Of a stretch of 19,219 bases of DNA, positions 1 through 8,266 are shown one piece after another. Within the stretch, counting starts at the first letter, position 1. Every line of letters starts with the position of its first letter. The notes under the pieces are model-generated. The model was given only the letters and a program-made list of their open reading frames with translations, was not told where the DNA came from and made no database searches. The position numbers were made by a program, and so were the translations under genes. Location of the stretch: contig CAYUTF010000049.1 in NCBI GenBank assembly GCA_964447495.1, forward strand, positions 1 through 19,219. The letters run 5' to 3'. The DNA is from an uncultured archaeon (GTDB taxonomy: Archaea; Asgardarchaeota; Lokiarchaeia; Sigyniarchaeales; SOKP01).

Positions 1-2
1 CA

Positions 3-302
3 AATTTAGAATATGAAACGTATAAATATGTAAAGTATCCCAGTTGGCCTCCTAAATTTGATGCACAATTAAATCAGATTGCTAAAGAAGTTTATAAGGA
101 TTTATTCAATCAAGAGGTAGCAATTCAAGTGATTCATGCTGGCTTAGAATGTGCATACTTTAGTGATTATTTTCCAGAAATGGAAGTTATGTCTTTTGGA
201 CCCGATATAAAGGGAGGACATTCACCTGATGAAAGGTTAAGGATAAAAAGTGTTGAAAAAATATGGTATTTATTAATTAACTTATTAAAAAAATTAGAAT
301 AA
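3..302 (+). CDS. pepD: Aminoacyl-histidine dipeptidase (PepD-like, peptidase M20C), C-terminal part; 5' truncated by window edge
   Basis: Not in the ORF track. Manual translation from position 3 is open to TAA at 300-302: ...YPSWPPK...IHAGLECAYF...SFGPDIKGGHSPDERLRIKSVEKIW, matching the PepD C-terminal motifs IHAGLEC and SFGP..HSPDE. Confidence 0.88.
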   Translation, partial: NLEYETYKYVKYPSWPPKFDAQLNQIAKEVYKDLFNQEVAIQVIHAGLECAYFSDYFPEMEVMSFGPDIKGGHSPDERLRIKSVEKIWYLLINLLKKLE

Positions 303-345
303 ATATTTTGAAAAGTTATATACATGAAAAAAAAAATTTTAATGT

Positions 346-360
346 GAAAAACATTTATAA
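346..360 (+). promoter_or_regulatory. Candidate archaeal BRE-TATA promoter for the OSTC-like gene
   Basis: GAAAAAcaTTTATAA: purine-rich BRE followed by TTTATAA ending 30 nt upstream of the ATG at 391, which fits a short-leader transcript. The AT-rich background weakens this. Confidence 0.45.
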
Positions 361-390
361 CATTAAGAAAAAAAAATTACGATTTTTACT

Positions 391-918
391 ATGCAAAAAC
401 AAACTAATCTAAAAAGAAAAACAGAAAATGATGATATAATTGGATCAGAAACAGTTTTTGAAAAATTAAGAGTTAGAACACCTTGGATTTTTGGAAAGGC
501 AATAAGAAAACCAAAAGTTGTTTATCCAAAAGTTAAATTACCAAAAATGGATATGCCTTTACCAGGTAAATCTTTAGCTATAATCATCATTTATGTGGTG
601 CTATTTTTACTTCAAACAGGGATAGTGTATATAATTTATAGAGACCCAATTGCCATTGGTGCAAATCAACAAGGTGATCCAGTTTTACTTTATCCAGATA
701 TACACGATGCTTTTATCATTGAGAGTATCGTTGCATCGATATTCATATTTTTATGTTCATTAGGATTCATTATGTTATATCAAGCCTCTAAATATGTTTA
801 TAATAAGAAAATTGCAATAAGAATTCTTGTAATAGGAATAATTTTAATTCTTGTTTCATTTGTTGCTTTACAAGCAATGATTACTATTAAATTAGGAGAA
901 ACCTTGTTTAATGTTTAA
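391..918 (+). CDS. OST3/OST6-family oligosaccharyltransferase subunit, OSTC/DC2-like (3 TM; eukaryotic signature protein)
   Basis: Three hydrophobic segments. FLLQTGIVYIIYRDP..IG, FIIESIVASIFIFLCSLGFIML and ILILVSF..LQAMITIKLG line up with human OSTC as I recall it ([58 protein letters not shown]). No thioredoxin domain. Confidence 0.8.
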   Translation: MQKQTNLKRKTENDDIIGSETVFEKLRVRTPWIFGKAIRKPKVVYPKVKLPKMDMPLPGKSLAIIIIYVVLFLLQTGIVYIIYRDPIAIGANQQGDPVLLYPDIHDAFIIESIVASIFIFLCSLGFIMLYQASKYVYNKKIAIRILVIGIILILVSFVALQAMITIKLGETLFNV

Positions 919-940
919 TTTTTTTTATTTCATTGTAGAA

Positions 941-2086
941 TTATTTTAATTCAATAATCCTAATTTCATCATAATCGGTAATTGCTTTATATAATCCTCT
1001 CATCTCAATATCTAATTTAGCATCTCTAGAATCAATCCGTAAACATTGATTAGGAATGCTTGCGAGTTTAAATTTAGTAGCGATTATGATAATATTACTT
1101 GATGGTATAAGCTTAAGGATTTTTGGGGTAAATTGAAGATTTCCCCTTCCAAATAGAAATCCTTGCCTTCCAATTAATGAAACTATGATCTTTGTCGTTC
1201 CTTGTTTAATATAACCTAAAATTTGGTGTTCATTTAAGTCATAAGCTACTATTTGTTTATTATAAAGTAAATCTACACCTAATAACGTTTTTCTTAGATT
1301 TAATTTATCTGTTATAGCCTTCACAGTAGTACCTGGACCTAATAAATAATACACATTTTCTTCAAGATCTTCTATAATTTTATCCGCAATTCTATCTTGA
1401 TTGCTTTGATCAGTATCAGGTGAGCTCAATTTCGAATATTGGGAATATTCGGGTGAATGTGGTGTCAATAGATAACCATATAATTTAGAGATAAATTTCC
1501 CCTTTCTATAGGCTTCTTCATTTATATCTAAGACTTCAGATTTGATTAAGGGTAATTCATCCCATAAGAATTGCAATACTGTTGAAGATGCTGCGGCTGG
1601 ACTTAATGAAAATACACCTGAATAAATTTTTACACCTGAAGGTATACCTAAGCAAGGTTTCATATCACCTACAGCATCTAATATATCTCGTGCCGTTCCA
1701 TCTCCTCCAACAAATATGATAAGCCTTAAGTCCTCCACATCCTTCATGATTTTTGCTGCTTTCTTAGTGTGTTCCGCATTGGTATCATAAATTCCATGAA
1801 TGTTTTTGAAAACATTATCTGTGATGATTTCATGACAAAATTCAGACTCATTGAGAACATTCTCACCCATATAGCCAGGGCAAGTTAAAAACTTTATTTT
1901 AGATTTTAATCCATTAAGTCCTTTAAGAAATTCCATTGCTCTATGAGGAGCATTAGGTTTTCCCCCCAAATCTATTGCTTTTTTAAGAACCTCACGACCG
2001 TCAGTTCCTTTTAGCCCCACTGAACCGCCCATTCCCGAAATCGGGTTGATAATAAAACCTAATTTGAATATATTTGTATTCTTCAT
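941..2086 (-). CDS. ATP-NAD kinase family protein (predicted polyphosphate/ATP-dependent NAD kinase-like)
   Basis: INPISGMGGSVGLKGTDG, GGDGTARD, GIPSGVKIYSGVF, GPGTT, KTLLGVD and QGFLFGRGNLQ are characteristic of this family. Confidence 0.85.
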   Translation of the reverse strand: MKNTNIFKLGFIINPISGMGGSVGLKGTDGREVLKKAIDLGGKPNAPHRAMEFLKGLNGLKSKIKFLTCPGYMGENVLNESEFCHEIITDNVFKNIHGIYDTNAEHTKKAAKIMKDVEDLRLIIFVGGDGTARDILDAVGDMKPCLGIPSGVKIYSGVFSLSPAAASSTVLQFLWDELPLIKSEVLDINEEAYRKGKFISKLYGYLLTPHSPEYSQYSKLSSPDTDQSNQDRIADKIIEDLEENVYYLLGPGTTVKAITDKLNLRKTLLGVDLLYNKQIVAYDLNEHQILGYIKQGTTKIIVSLIGRQGFLFGRGNLQFTPKILKLIPSSNIIIIATKFKLASIPNQCLRIDSRDAKLDIEMRGLYKAITDYDEIRIIELK

Positions 2087-2156
2087 AAGTATCTATGAGT
2101 AATAAAAAAAAAGAAAAATTTGTGATATATCTATAAAATATTTCAAAAGGTATCAA

Positions 2157-2570
2157 TTATTTTTGTGTTTCACAAAAAGCATCATAGTCTGCTGCAGAAA
2201 GTAAATTAGCTTTTTCTTTATCCCAGTTTGATGGTGCAATTACATAGAGCCATGTTTTAAATGGAGCTTCATTAAGTTTTTCTGGTTCATCCATTAAATC
2301 TCCATTCACTTCTTTTACAGTTCCTGATACCGGACTATAAATATCTCCAACAGCTTTACTAGATTCGACTGTCGCATCAATTGGATCTGATGATGGCTCA
2401 TCACCATCCATTTTCACTTGAGTAAGTTCAGCACCTTTAAGTGCATCTACGTCAACAAATGAAATTTCACCGAGTGCTTCAGCAGCAAAAGCGGTAATTC
2501 CAACTTTACCCGAAGAAGGGTCAAACCATTGATGAGTTTTTGTATAAAATAAATTTCCAGGTGATCCCAT
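2157..2570 (-). CDS. gcvH: Glycine cleavage system H protein / lipoyl carrier
   Basis: YTKTHQW, VGITAFAAEALGEISFV, VESSKAVGDIYSPVSGTV (lipoyl-Lys), EPEKLNEAP, LLSAADY. The ATG at 2570 is preferred over the GTG at 2582 used by the ORF track. Confidence 0.92.
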   Translation of the reverse strand: MGSPGNLFYTKTHQWFDPSSGKVGITAFAAEALGEISFVDVDALKGAELTQVKMDGDEPSSDPIDATVESSKAVGDIYSPVSGTVKEVNGDLMDEPEKLNEAPFKTWLYVIAPSNWDKEKANLLSAADYDAFCETQK

Positions 2571-2697
2571 TCTTTTATTCACTTTTTTTATTTTAATTTT
2601 TACAATTTAATAATATTGAATTAATTGTTAGTTTTATTTAATTTTATAATAGATTTAAAATTTTTTCATTGATTAATATTTTTTATAGAAAAAAAGA

Positions 2698-3534
2698 GTG
2701 GAATTATTCATTTTGATAAGGAAAGAGATAAATTTCTATGATGAGTTTAAAGTGTGGTATAATAAAATTATACAAGATTTTAATTTTGAGTATCAAAAAG
2801 ATTGTAAAGCACGTGATTACATATCATCAATTATTAGTGAGAAAGAAAATTGGGATCTTGATACTATCCTTTCTTTATTTAAAAATGATTTATCAAAAAA
2901 GAGTATTATTTTAATCTATGGATGTGGACCATCATTAGAAAGAACCATATTGTACCTTTTAAAAAATGGGGTAAATTTAAATGAGCAAAAAATCCTAAAT
3001 ATTGCTGCTGATGGTGCATCAAGATTATTAAGAGAAAAGCATATAGCAACTTGTGCCATATTTAGTGATTTAGACGGAATTACTAAAAATGAATTCAAAT
3101 ATCCAAATTATATGATAGTCCACGCCCATGGAGATAATTTAGAGAGAATTAAATGGTTTGAAAAAGAGATTATTGAATTTGAGAAAATTATATTTACTAC
3201 TCAAGTTGAGCCTAATGAGAACATACTAAATCCAGGGGGCTTTACTGATGGAGATAGAATCTTATTTTTCTTGAGGGCATTATTATTACCTACCCAAAAG
3301 TTGTATCTTATTGGTATGGATTTTTTTAATTTAGTAGGTATGTATAGTAAAATTGGACTTCAGAAGAAACATAAGGCAGATCCTATAAAACAGAAGAAAC
3401 TAATTTATGCTGCAGAACTTATCGATTGGCTAAAAAATCAAATAAAGAATGATATTTATTATGTTAATTCAAAAAAACCATCAAAGAATTATGAAAATAT
3501 AACTTTAAAACAATTTTTAAAAGTGTTTAAATAG
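2698..3534 (+). CDS. mptE: 6-hydroxymethyl-7,8-dihydropterin pyrophosphokinase MptE-like (DUF115)
   Basis: GCGPSL, IAADGA, SDLDG, VHAHGDN, NPGGFTDGDR, LIGMDF and K.KKL..A motifs of archaeal MptE. The GTG start is uncertain. Confidence 0.85.
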   Translation: MELFILIRKEINFYDEFKVWYNKIIQDFNFEYQKDCKARDYISSIISEKENWDLDTILSLFKNDLSKKSIILIYGCGPSLERTILYLLKNGVNLNEQKILNIAADGASRLLREKHIATCAIFSDLDGITKNEFKYPNYMIVHAHGDNLERIKWFEKEIIEFEKIIFTTQVEPNENILNPGGFTDGDRILFFLRALLLPTQKLYLIGMDFFNLVGMYSKIGLQKKHKADPIKQKKLIYAAELIDWLKNQIKNDIYYVNSKKPSKNYENITLKQFLKVFK

Positions 3535-3542
3535 CTATAGAA

Positions 3543-4337
3543 TCAAATTTTATAATCTTCTATACCTTTATTCGTCAATCTATAGAGAATTTTTTTTTCT
3601 GGAAGATATAATGAGTTTACTAAATGTACAAATCCAAAATCTTTTTCCTTATAGCTTAAATAAAGGTATTCGGAGATATATTGATTTAAAAATTGATTTC
3701 CAACAGGTTTTTCTTGAATAATATCATTACTATTAAAATTGGGAGATATTTGAGCTGTGACTATTGTAATTAGGTTTAGTTCTCTAGTAAGTGAATTCAA
3801 TTTATCCAATATTTTTAAAAAGGTTGATTTAGCCTTATCAAAAGAGAAATTAGGGTCACCTTGCTCTAAACGATAATAATTATTAATTGAATCGATGAGC
3901 AATATCTTTATCTTTTGTTTTTTTATAGTTTCTTTAATATCATTTAATTTTAATAATAATGCGTTGTTACTCATTATTTTAGACACTAAAATATTCTTTA
4001 GAACTTCCTCAAATTTAATTTTTTGAGCATTTGCTAACTGTCTTATCCGTTCTGGCCGAAATGTATTTTCGGTATCAATATATATTATACTTAAACCACT
4101 TATATATGCTTGAATACATAACTGGTGACATAATTGAGTTTTTCCCGTCCTATTTGAGCCAAAAACTAAATATATGGTATTTGAACGAAATCCTTTTCCT
4201 AAAACATTATCAAAATTTTTAGATCCTGTGCTTAAATGAATTTTGGTAAGCGCTTCTTTTTGAATGCCTTCTTTAATTTTATCAGACGAAAATATTTGAT
4301 TTTTATTGATTTTAGTGAACTGTGATAATTCTCTCAT
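3543..4337 (-). CDS. RadA/Rad51 paralog lacking the N-terminal HhH domain
   Basis: STGSKNFDNVLG.G, Walker A GSNRTGKTQLCHQL, YIDTENTFRPERI, Walker B LLIDS, and C-terminal LVNSLYLPE...RLTNKGIED. At 264 aa it is the ATPase core only. Confidence 0.88.
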   Translation of the reverse strand: MRELSQFTKINKNQIFSSDKIKEGIQKEALTKIHLSTGSKNFDNVLGKGFRSNTIYLVFGSNRTGKTQLCHQLCIQAYISGLSIIYIDTENTFRPERIRQLANAQKIKFEEVLKNILVSKIMSNNALLLKLNDIKETIKKQKIKILLIDSINNYYRLEQGDPNFSFDKAKSTFLKILDKLNSLTRELNLITIVTAQISPNFNSNDIIQEKPVGNQFLNQYISEYLYLSYKEKDFGFVHLVNSLYLPEKKILYRLTNKGIEDYKI

Positions 4338-4507
4338 TATTTAAAATAATAATATTATTAACTAATAAAAAGAAACTCACAATAATATATTTATATGAAA
4401 TAAATTGTAATTCGAAAAATTAATTTGAAATTAATCATAAAATTTCAATTATATTATATTTTCAATGATGTCTTTATTTTAGAAAAAATATTACAACCTT
4501 CATAACA

Positions 4508-5119
4508 ATGGCTAAAAAAAAAAAAGAAGTCTGTCCTTATTGCGGTAAATCATTTGCATACCTCAGCCGTCATAAATGTAAAGTGAAAGAAAGAATAGAA
4601 GGTAGCGAAGAATCTGATAAGTCAGAATCCGAAAGAAGAATTGAGAGAATTGAGGAACGGAAAAAAGATTTCAGTCGAAATCTTAAAAAAGACGAAAAAA
4701 GTATATTAGAAATTATCAGAAAACAGAAGAAAATTTATTTTAAAGAGTTAATGGCAAAAACAGGTAAAAACCGGAGTGAGTTAGATAATATAATTGATAT
4801 TTTATCACTACAGTCAAAAATAAAAGTAACTCGTGAATTAATTGAAGCATCATGGACAAAATTAATTTCTATTATTGAAGAGATCGATATCGATGTGAAA
4901 GAGATAAAGATTGATAAATCAGATAAAAATTTTATATTAGAAATTTTTTCCTATCAACCCTGTCTAATTTGTCCTTTTTCAAGCAAATGCAATGAAACTA
5001 ATATGGACAATCTAAATCCGCATATTTGTGTTTGGTTAACCCAGTGGATTGATGCTTCATTAGAAGGAAAGAAATATTTGATTAATTTTGATGAAATAGA
5101 ATCAGAATCAGTTGAATAA
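4508..5119 (+). CDS. TFE-beta / RPC34(C34)-like transcription factor: N-terminal C2HC zinc finger, winged helix, 4Fe-4S domain
   Basis: C-terminal PCLICPFSSKC-x12-CVWLTQW matches the RPC34/TFE-beta FeS motif (PCxxCPxxxxC...P..C..L..W). The central EKSILEIIRK..IYFKELMAKTG..RSEL..IIDIL is wHTH-like. The N-terminus is CPYCGKSFAYLSRHKC. Confidence 0.78.
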   Translation: MAKKKKEVCPYCGKSFAYLSRHKCKVKERIEGSEESDKSESERRIERIEERKKDFSRNLKKDEKSILEIIRKQKKIYFKELMAKTGKNRSELDNIIDILSLQSKIKVTRELIEASWTKLISIIEEIDIDVKEIKIDKSDKNFILEIFSYQPCLICPFSSKCNETNMDNLNPHICVWLTQWIDASLEGKKYLINFDEIESESVE

Positions 5120-5120
5120 T

Positions 5121-5756
5121 TCATTTTTTTTTAATCCCAATAACATAAATTTCATTACTCTTTTTGCTTGAAGCAGTTGGTTTGTAACTTTTGACAAAAA
5201 GAAATTTCTTTTTCATTATTTGATAGAATCTTCTAAAATCCTCTCCTTGGAAGAGTTTAATTACTAAATTTCCTTTATCTTTTAAAAAATTTGTTGTTTC
5301 AATTATCTTTAAGCAAAGATTAACTTGTTGAACTTGATCAGTAAATTTATTACCAGATTTTTTGATACTTGCATCTGAGAGAATAAGATCAAATTTTCCC
5401 CCTTTAAGAAATTGTTTAATCTCTTCTATAAAGACGGGATTAGTAATATCCATTCGTATAAGATCCACGCCTTCAATTGGGCTTACTTTCTTAATATCAA
5501 CCCCTAAAATCATATAATTATTTCGATGATAATAACCATCTTGATATTTAATTAGATTTTCTTCTGCAAATTTCTTTGCAACTTGTAGCCATGAACCTGG
5601 TGCACTTCCAATGTCTAAAATAAAAAAAGCTCTTTTGAAAATATTATATTTCTTTTGGATGTCTAAAAGTTTATAAGCGGAACGAGCCCTATATCCTTCT
5701 TTTTTTGCTTTCTTATAATACTCTTCTGATTTATGACTATTAGTGTCTTTATCCAT
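5121..5756 (-). CDS. rlmE: 23S rRNA (uridine-2'-O)-methyltransferase RlmE/FtsJ
   Basis: YYKKAKKEGYRARSAYKL, SAM motif LDIGSAPGSWLQ, and K-D-K-E catalytic tetrad (AYKL, LSDA, VIKLFQG, SNEIY). Confidence 0.95.
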   Translation of the reverse strand: MDKDTNSHKSEEYYKKAKKEGYRARSAYKLLDIQKKYNIFKRAFFILDIGSAPGSWLQVAKKFAEENLIKYQDGYYHRNNYMILGVDIKKVSPIEGVDLIRMDITNPVFIEEIKQFLKGGKFDLILSDASIKKSGNKFTDQVQQVNLCLKIIETTNFLKDKGNLVIKLFQGEDFRRFYQIMKKKFLFVKSYKPTASSKKSNEIYVIGIKKK

Positions 5757-5769
5757 AATTAGAAGCCGA

Positions 5770-6999
5770 TTAGGTGCTTTTTGTAAGTTTAATTAATAAA
5801 TTTTTTAAGTCTGAGATTGCCATATCAGTTTTAATAGATAAGTAATCAAAATGTGTTCTTGATGCCTTTAAAGTTTTTTTTCTAATAGCATTGATAATAT
5901 CATTTACTTTTGGAACGGATTTTAATTTTAATTCTTCACATAAGTTATGGATATTATAGTAATAAGGTGGCATATGAATCTCATCTAATGCATATCCGAT
6001 TTTTTTATCTATTGTTTTCTTATTTAGATGTGTTGTAACGCTATTTATAGAAAGTATTTCTTTTAAGAATTTTTCGTCATGTAGTTTGCCTATCCAAAGA
6101 GGTCCCGAATAAACTAGGGTTTTAGAACCTTTACATAAAGGACAATAATGAGGTATCTGCACAATATTATCAGAAAATTCAGAACGATAACCACAATTAT
6201 TACAATGCAAAATATAACCATAGTTTAAAAAATTATCATTGATTTTTTTTTTACTTTTTAATGAAAGTAGAAAAATTCTTAAAAAATGGTTCGAATAAAA
6301 GCTCAGCAAAGGGATCACACCTAATGTATTTATGTTTGCCAATCGGGATATGAAATAAACCAAGATTCTTGCTCCAATCTCTTTACAATAGTCTGTATGC
6401 AAGGGAGTTGACATATATTTACGGATACACACTTTTGGTTTTACACCAAACAATACTGCTGTATCAGTGGCAGTTATGCATAATAAACCATTTTCTTTTT
6501 TAATTGCTTTAAAAGCCATATCAGTAAAGCAGTTTGGTGTTCCAAATGGATCAATAGATATAACATCCGCTTTTTGAGAATTACTTTCTGAATCATGCTG
6601 ATAGTGTTTATTAAAATCAGAAAAAAGAGAATTTGCATCTTTTCTTGAAACCTTTACTTTTAACCTGTCAATTTTGTTTAATCGTAGATTTCTTTTAATG
6701 AGATCGACTGCTAAGGGATTAATGTCATTGATATATATTTTTTCCAATTCTTCATGTTCCTTTAACAAGCGAATAGAACCTATTCCAGATGCCGCCATGG
6801 AGTCAATTAAACTAAAGGAAGATATGTCCCATAACTTTTTATAAGCGCCTATAGCTAAACTTGTGATATCTCGGTTTAAAATCATTTTTTCATTATAAAA
6901 GACATTCATGGATTTTGAAGGAATTTTGGTTAAGTCTTGTTCATAAATAAAAAATTCTACAGTTCCTTCCCTTTTCTTAGCTATCTTATTATCCATCAT
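5770..6999 (-). CDS. trm1: tRNA (guanine-26 N2,N2)-dimethyltransferase Trm1
   Basis: VFYNEKMILNRD, AASGIGSIR, INDINP, IDPFGTP, GLLCITATDTAVL, EIGARIL, Zn ribbon CNNCG..CPLC, GPLWIGKLHD and SRTHF. Confidence 0.95.
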   Translation of the reverse strand: MMDNKIAKKREGTVEFFIYEQDLTKIPSKSMNVFYNEKMILNRDITSLAIGAYKKLWDISSFSLIDSMAASGIGSIRLLKEHEELEKIYINDINPLAVDLIKRNLRLNKIDRLKVKVSRKDANSLFSDFNKHYQHDSESNSQKADVISIDPFGTPNCFTDMAFKAIKKENGLLCITATDTAVLFGVKPKVCIRKYMSTPLHTDYCKEIGARILVYFISRLANINTLGVIPLLSFYSNHFLRIFLLSLKSKKKINDNFLNYGYILHCNNCGYRSEFSDNIVQIPHYCPLCKGSKTLVYSGPLWIGKLHDEKFLKEILSINSVTTHLNKKTIDKKIGYALDEIHMPPYYYNIHNLCEELKLKSVPKVNDIINAIRKKTLKASRTHFDYLSIKTDMAISDLKNLLIKLTKST

Positions 7000-7024
7000 T
7001 CTAAAATCTAGTTAAATATAAAAT

Positions 7025-8020
7025 TTATATTGATAAGAACAATTCGACTAATCTTTTACTTCCAACAATTCCTCCACATTCAGTAGCATGAATAGTTTTA
7101 ACATTCTCCTTAGTTAATAGTATAAAATCTTCGAATTTTCGGATTCTGTCTACATCATCTTTATCACCAATAGCTAAAAATTCACCTCCTAAGGTTTTTA
7201 TTATAAAAGCTAAAGGTAACCACTCATAATAAATCCGAATTTTTGGCTTAGGACAAGGAAAATATGAATACACACCTCCGTATTGAATAATAGCATGCAA
7301 ATCACCAACAAAACTTCCACTGTATCGGTCTTTTATGTGATTTTCAATGAGAAGATGTTCAAAAGATTTACATTTTTTTGACCATTTAGTAGAATCTCCT
7401 CCAAGACATCTGATTCCACCTATTTGATTTTTTGGTAATGTCTTGAACTCATAAAATATGTAATGATAAAATGTCATACTATATGGGGATGTGTCAAGTA
7501 TAAACTCTACTACTGTTCCATTAATCGCTAAGACTAAGTTTGTGAAAATTCCATACAAAACATAAAAACTACAAATCATTTGACCTCTCTCATTATATAT
7601 GCCAACAATTGTCCCTACGGTCCTATTTACAGCAACATTTGAGGACCCATCAACAGGATCAATAGTAATACCAAATTTACCATTACCTATGACAGGATTA
7701 GCCTCCTCAGAAGCTACAAAGAAAAATTTGGCTTCTCCTTCTTGAAGTGCTTTTAGAATTATACTATGAGTTAAAATATCCTCATGAATTTGTATCTCAT
7801 TATATAGATTTTTACTATCATTTTTAGGTTTTTCGATATTCATTCGTTCTTCGATTTCTCGCGAGGTTATACCTCTTTCTAATAATCCCCTGATAGGAAT
7901 CGTAGCTTCAGCGATAATATCAATAATCTCTATCAAATCTCCTTTATTTGGGAAATAATGAGGTAAGTTCTTTTCTAACCATCGTGATAATTTTATATTT
8001 TCATTTTTTTTATTAATCAA
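7025..8020 (-). CDS. fbp: Fructose-1,6-bisphosphatase class I (FIG superfamily), divergent
   Basis: VASEE, IDPVDGSSNVAVN..VGTI.GIY, YVLYG, RYSGSFVGDLH...YGGVYSY and KIRIYYEWLPLAFII are class I FBPase motifs. The TTG start is preceded by an SD-like AAGGAG. Confidence 0.85.
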   Translation of the reverse strand: MINKKNENIKLSRWLEKNLPHYFPNKGDLIEIIDIIAEATIPIRGLLERGITSREIEERMNIEKPKNDSKNLYNEIQIHEDILTHSIILKALQEGEAKFFFVASEEANPVIGNGKFGITIDPVDGSSNVAVNRTVGTIVGIYNERGQMICSFYVLYGIFTNLVLAINGTVVEFILDTSPYSMTFYHYIFYEFKTLPKNQIGGIRCLGGDSTKWSKKCKSFEHLLIENHIKDRYSGSFVGDLHAIIQYGGVYSYFPCPKPKIRIYYEWLPLAFIIKTLGGEFLAIGDKDDVDRIRKFEDFILLTKENVKTIHATECGGIVGSKRLVELFLSI

Positions 8021-8029
8021 GGTGAATGA

Positions 8030-8035
8030 CTCCTT
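8030..8035 (-). promoter_or_regulatory. Shine-Dalgarno-like site for fbp
   Basis: The minus strand reads AAGGAGtcattcaccTTG, i.e. AAGGAG 9 nt before the TTG start. Confidence 0.5.
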
Positions 8036-8266
8036 TTTCTGTTTTATTTTTCGAATATGATATCTTATTTATTGTAAATAACACTTTATAGCTTACAAAT
8101 TTTTTGTATTTGAAAGTTATTTAGCAATATTTAAAGAAAAAACTCAAAATAAAGTCAATTTTAAAATGAAAATTAATTCCTTTTAACTATATATTATTAA
8201 TAGTGTACATTTATATTATCTATTAAAAATTAATTATTAGAAGAATAATCCAATTTGACGATATCT

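Noticed and set aside
2916-3098. Short antisense ORFs in the track (2916-3098, 4031-4222, 9136-9354, 10364-10546, 14205-14393, 15455-15793, 17622-17819, 18033-18221)
   Set aside because: All lie inside well-supported genes on the opposite strand and carry no recognisable motifs; these are shadow ORFs.
2698-3534. MptE as evidence of methanogenesis
   Set aside because: MptE serves pterin (H4MPT/folate) biosynthesis broadly in archaea and is not diagnostic.
4347-4360. Perfect palindrome TAATAATATTATTA upstream of the RadA paralog
   Set aside because: Pure A/T low-complexity sequence, expected by chance in this intergenic background.
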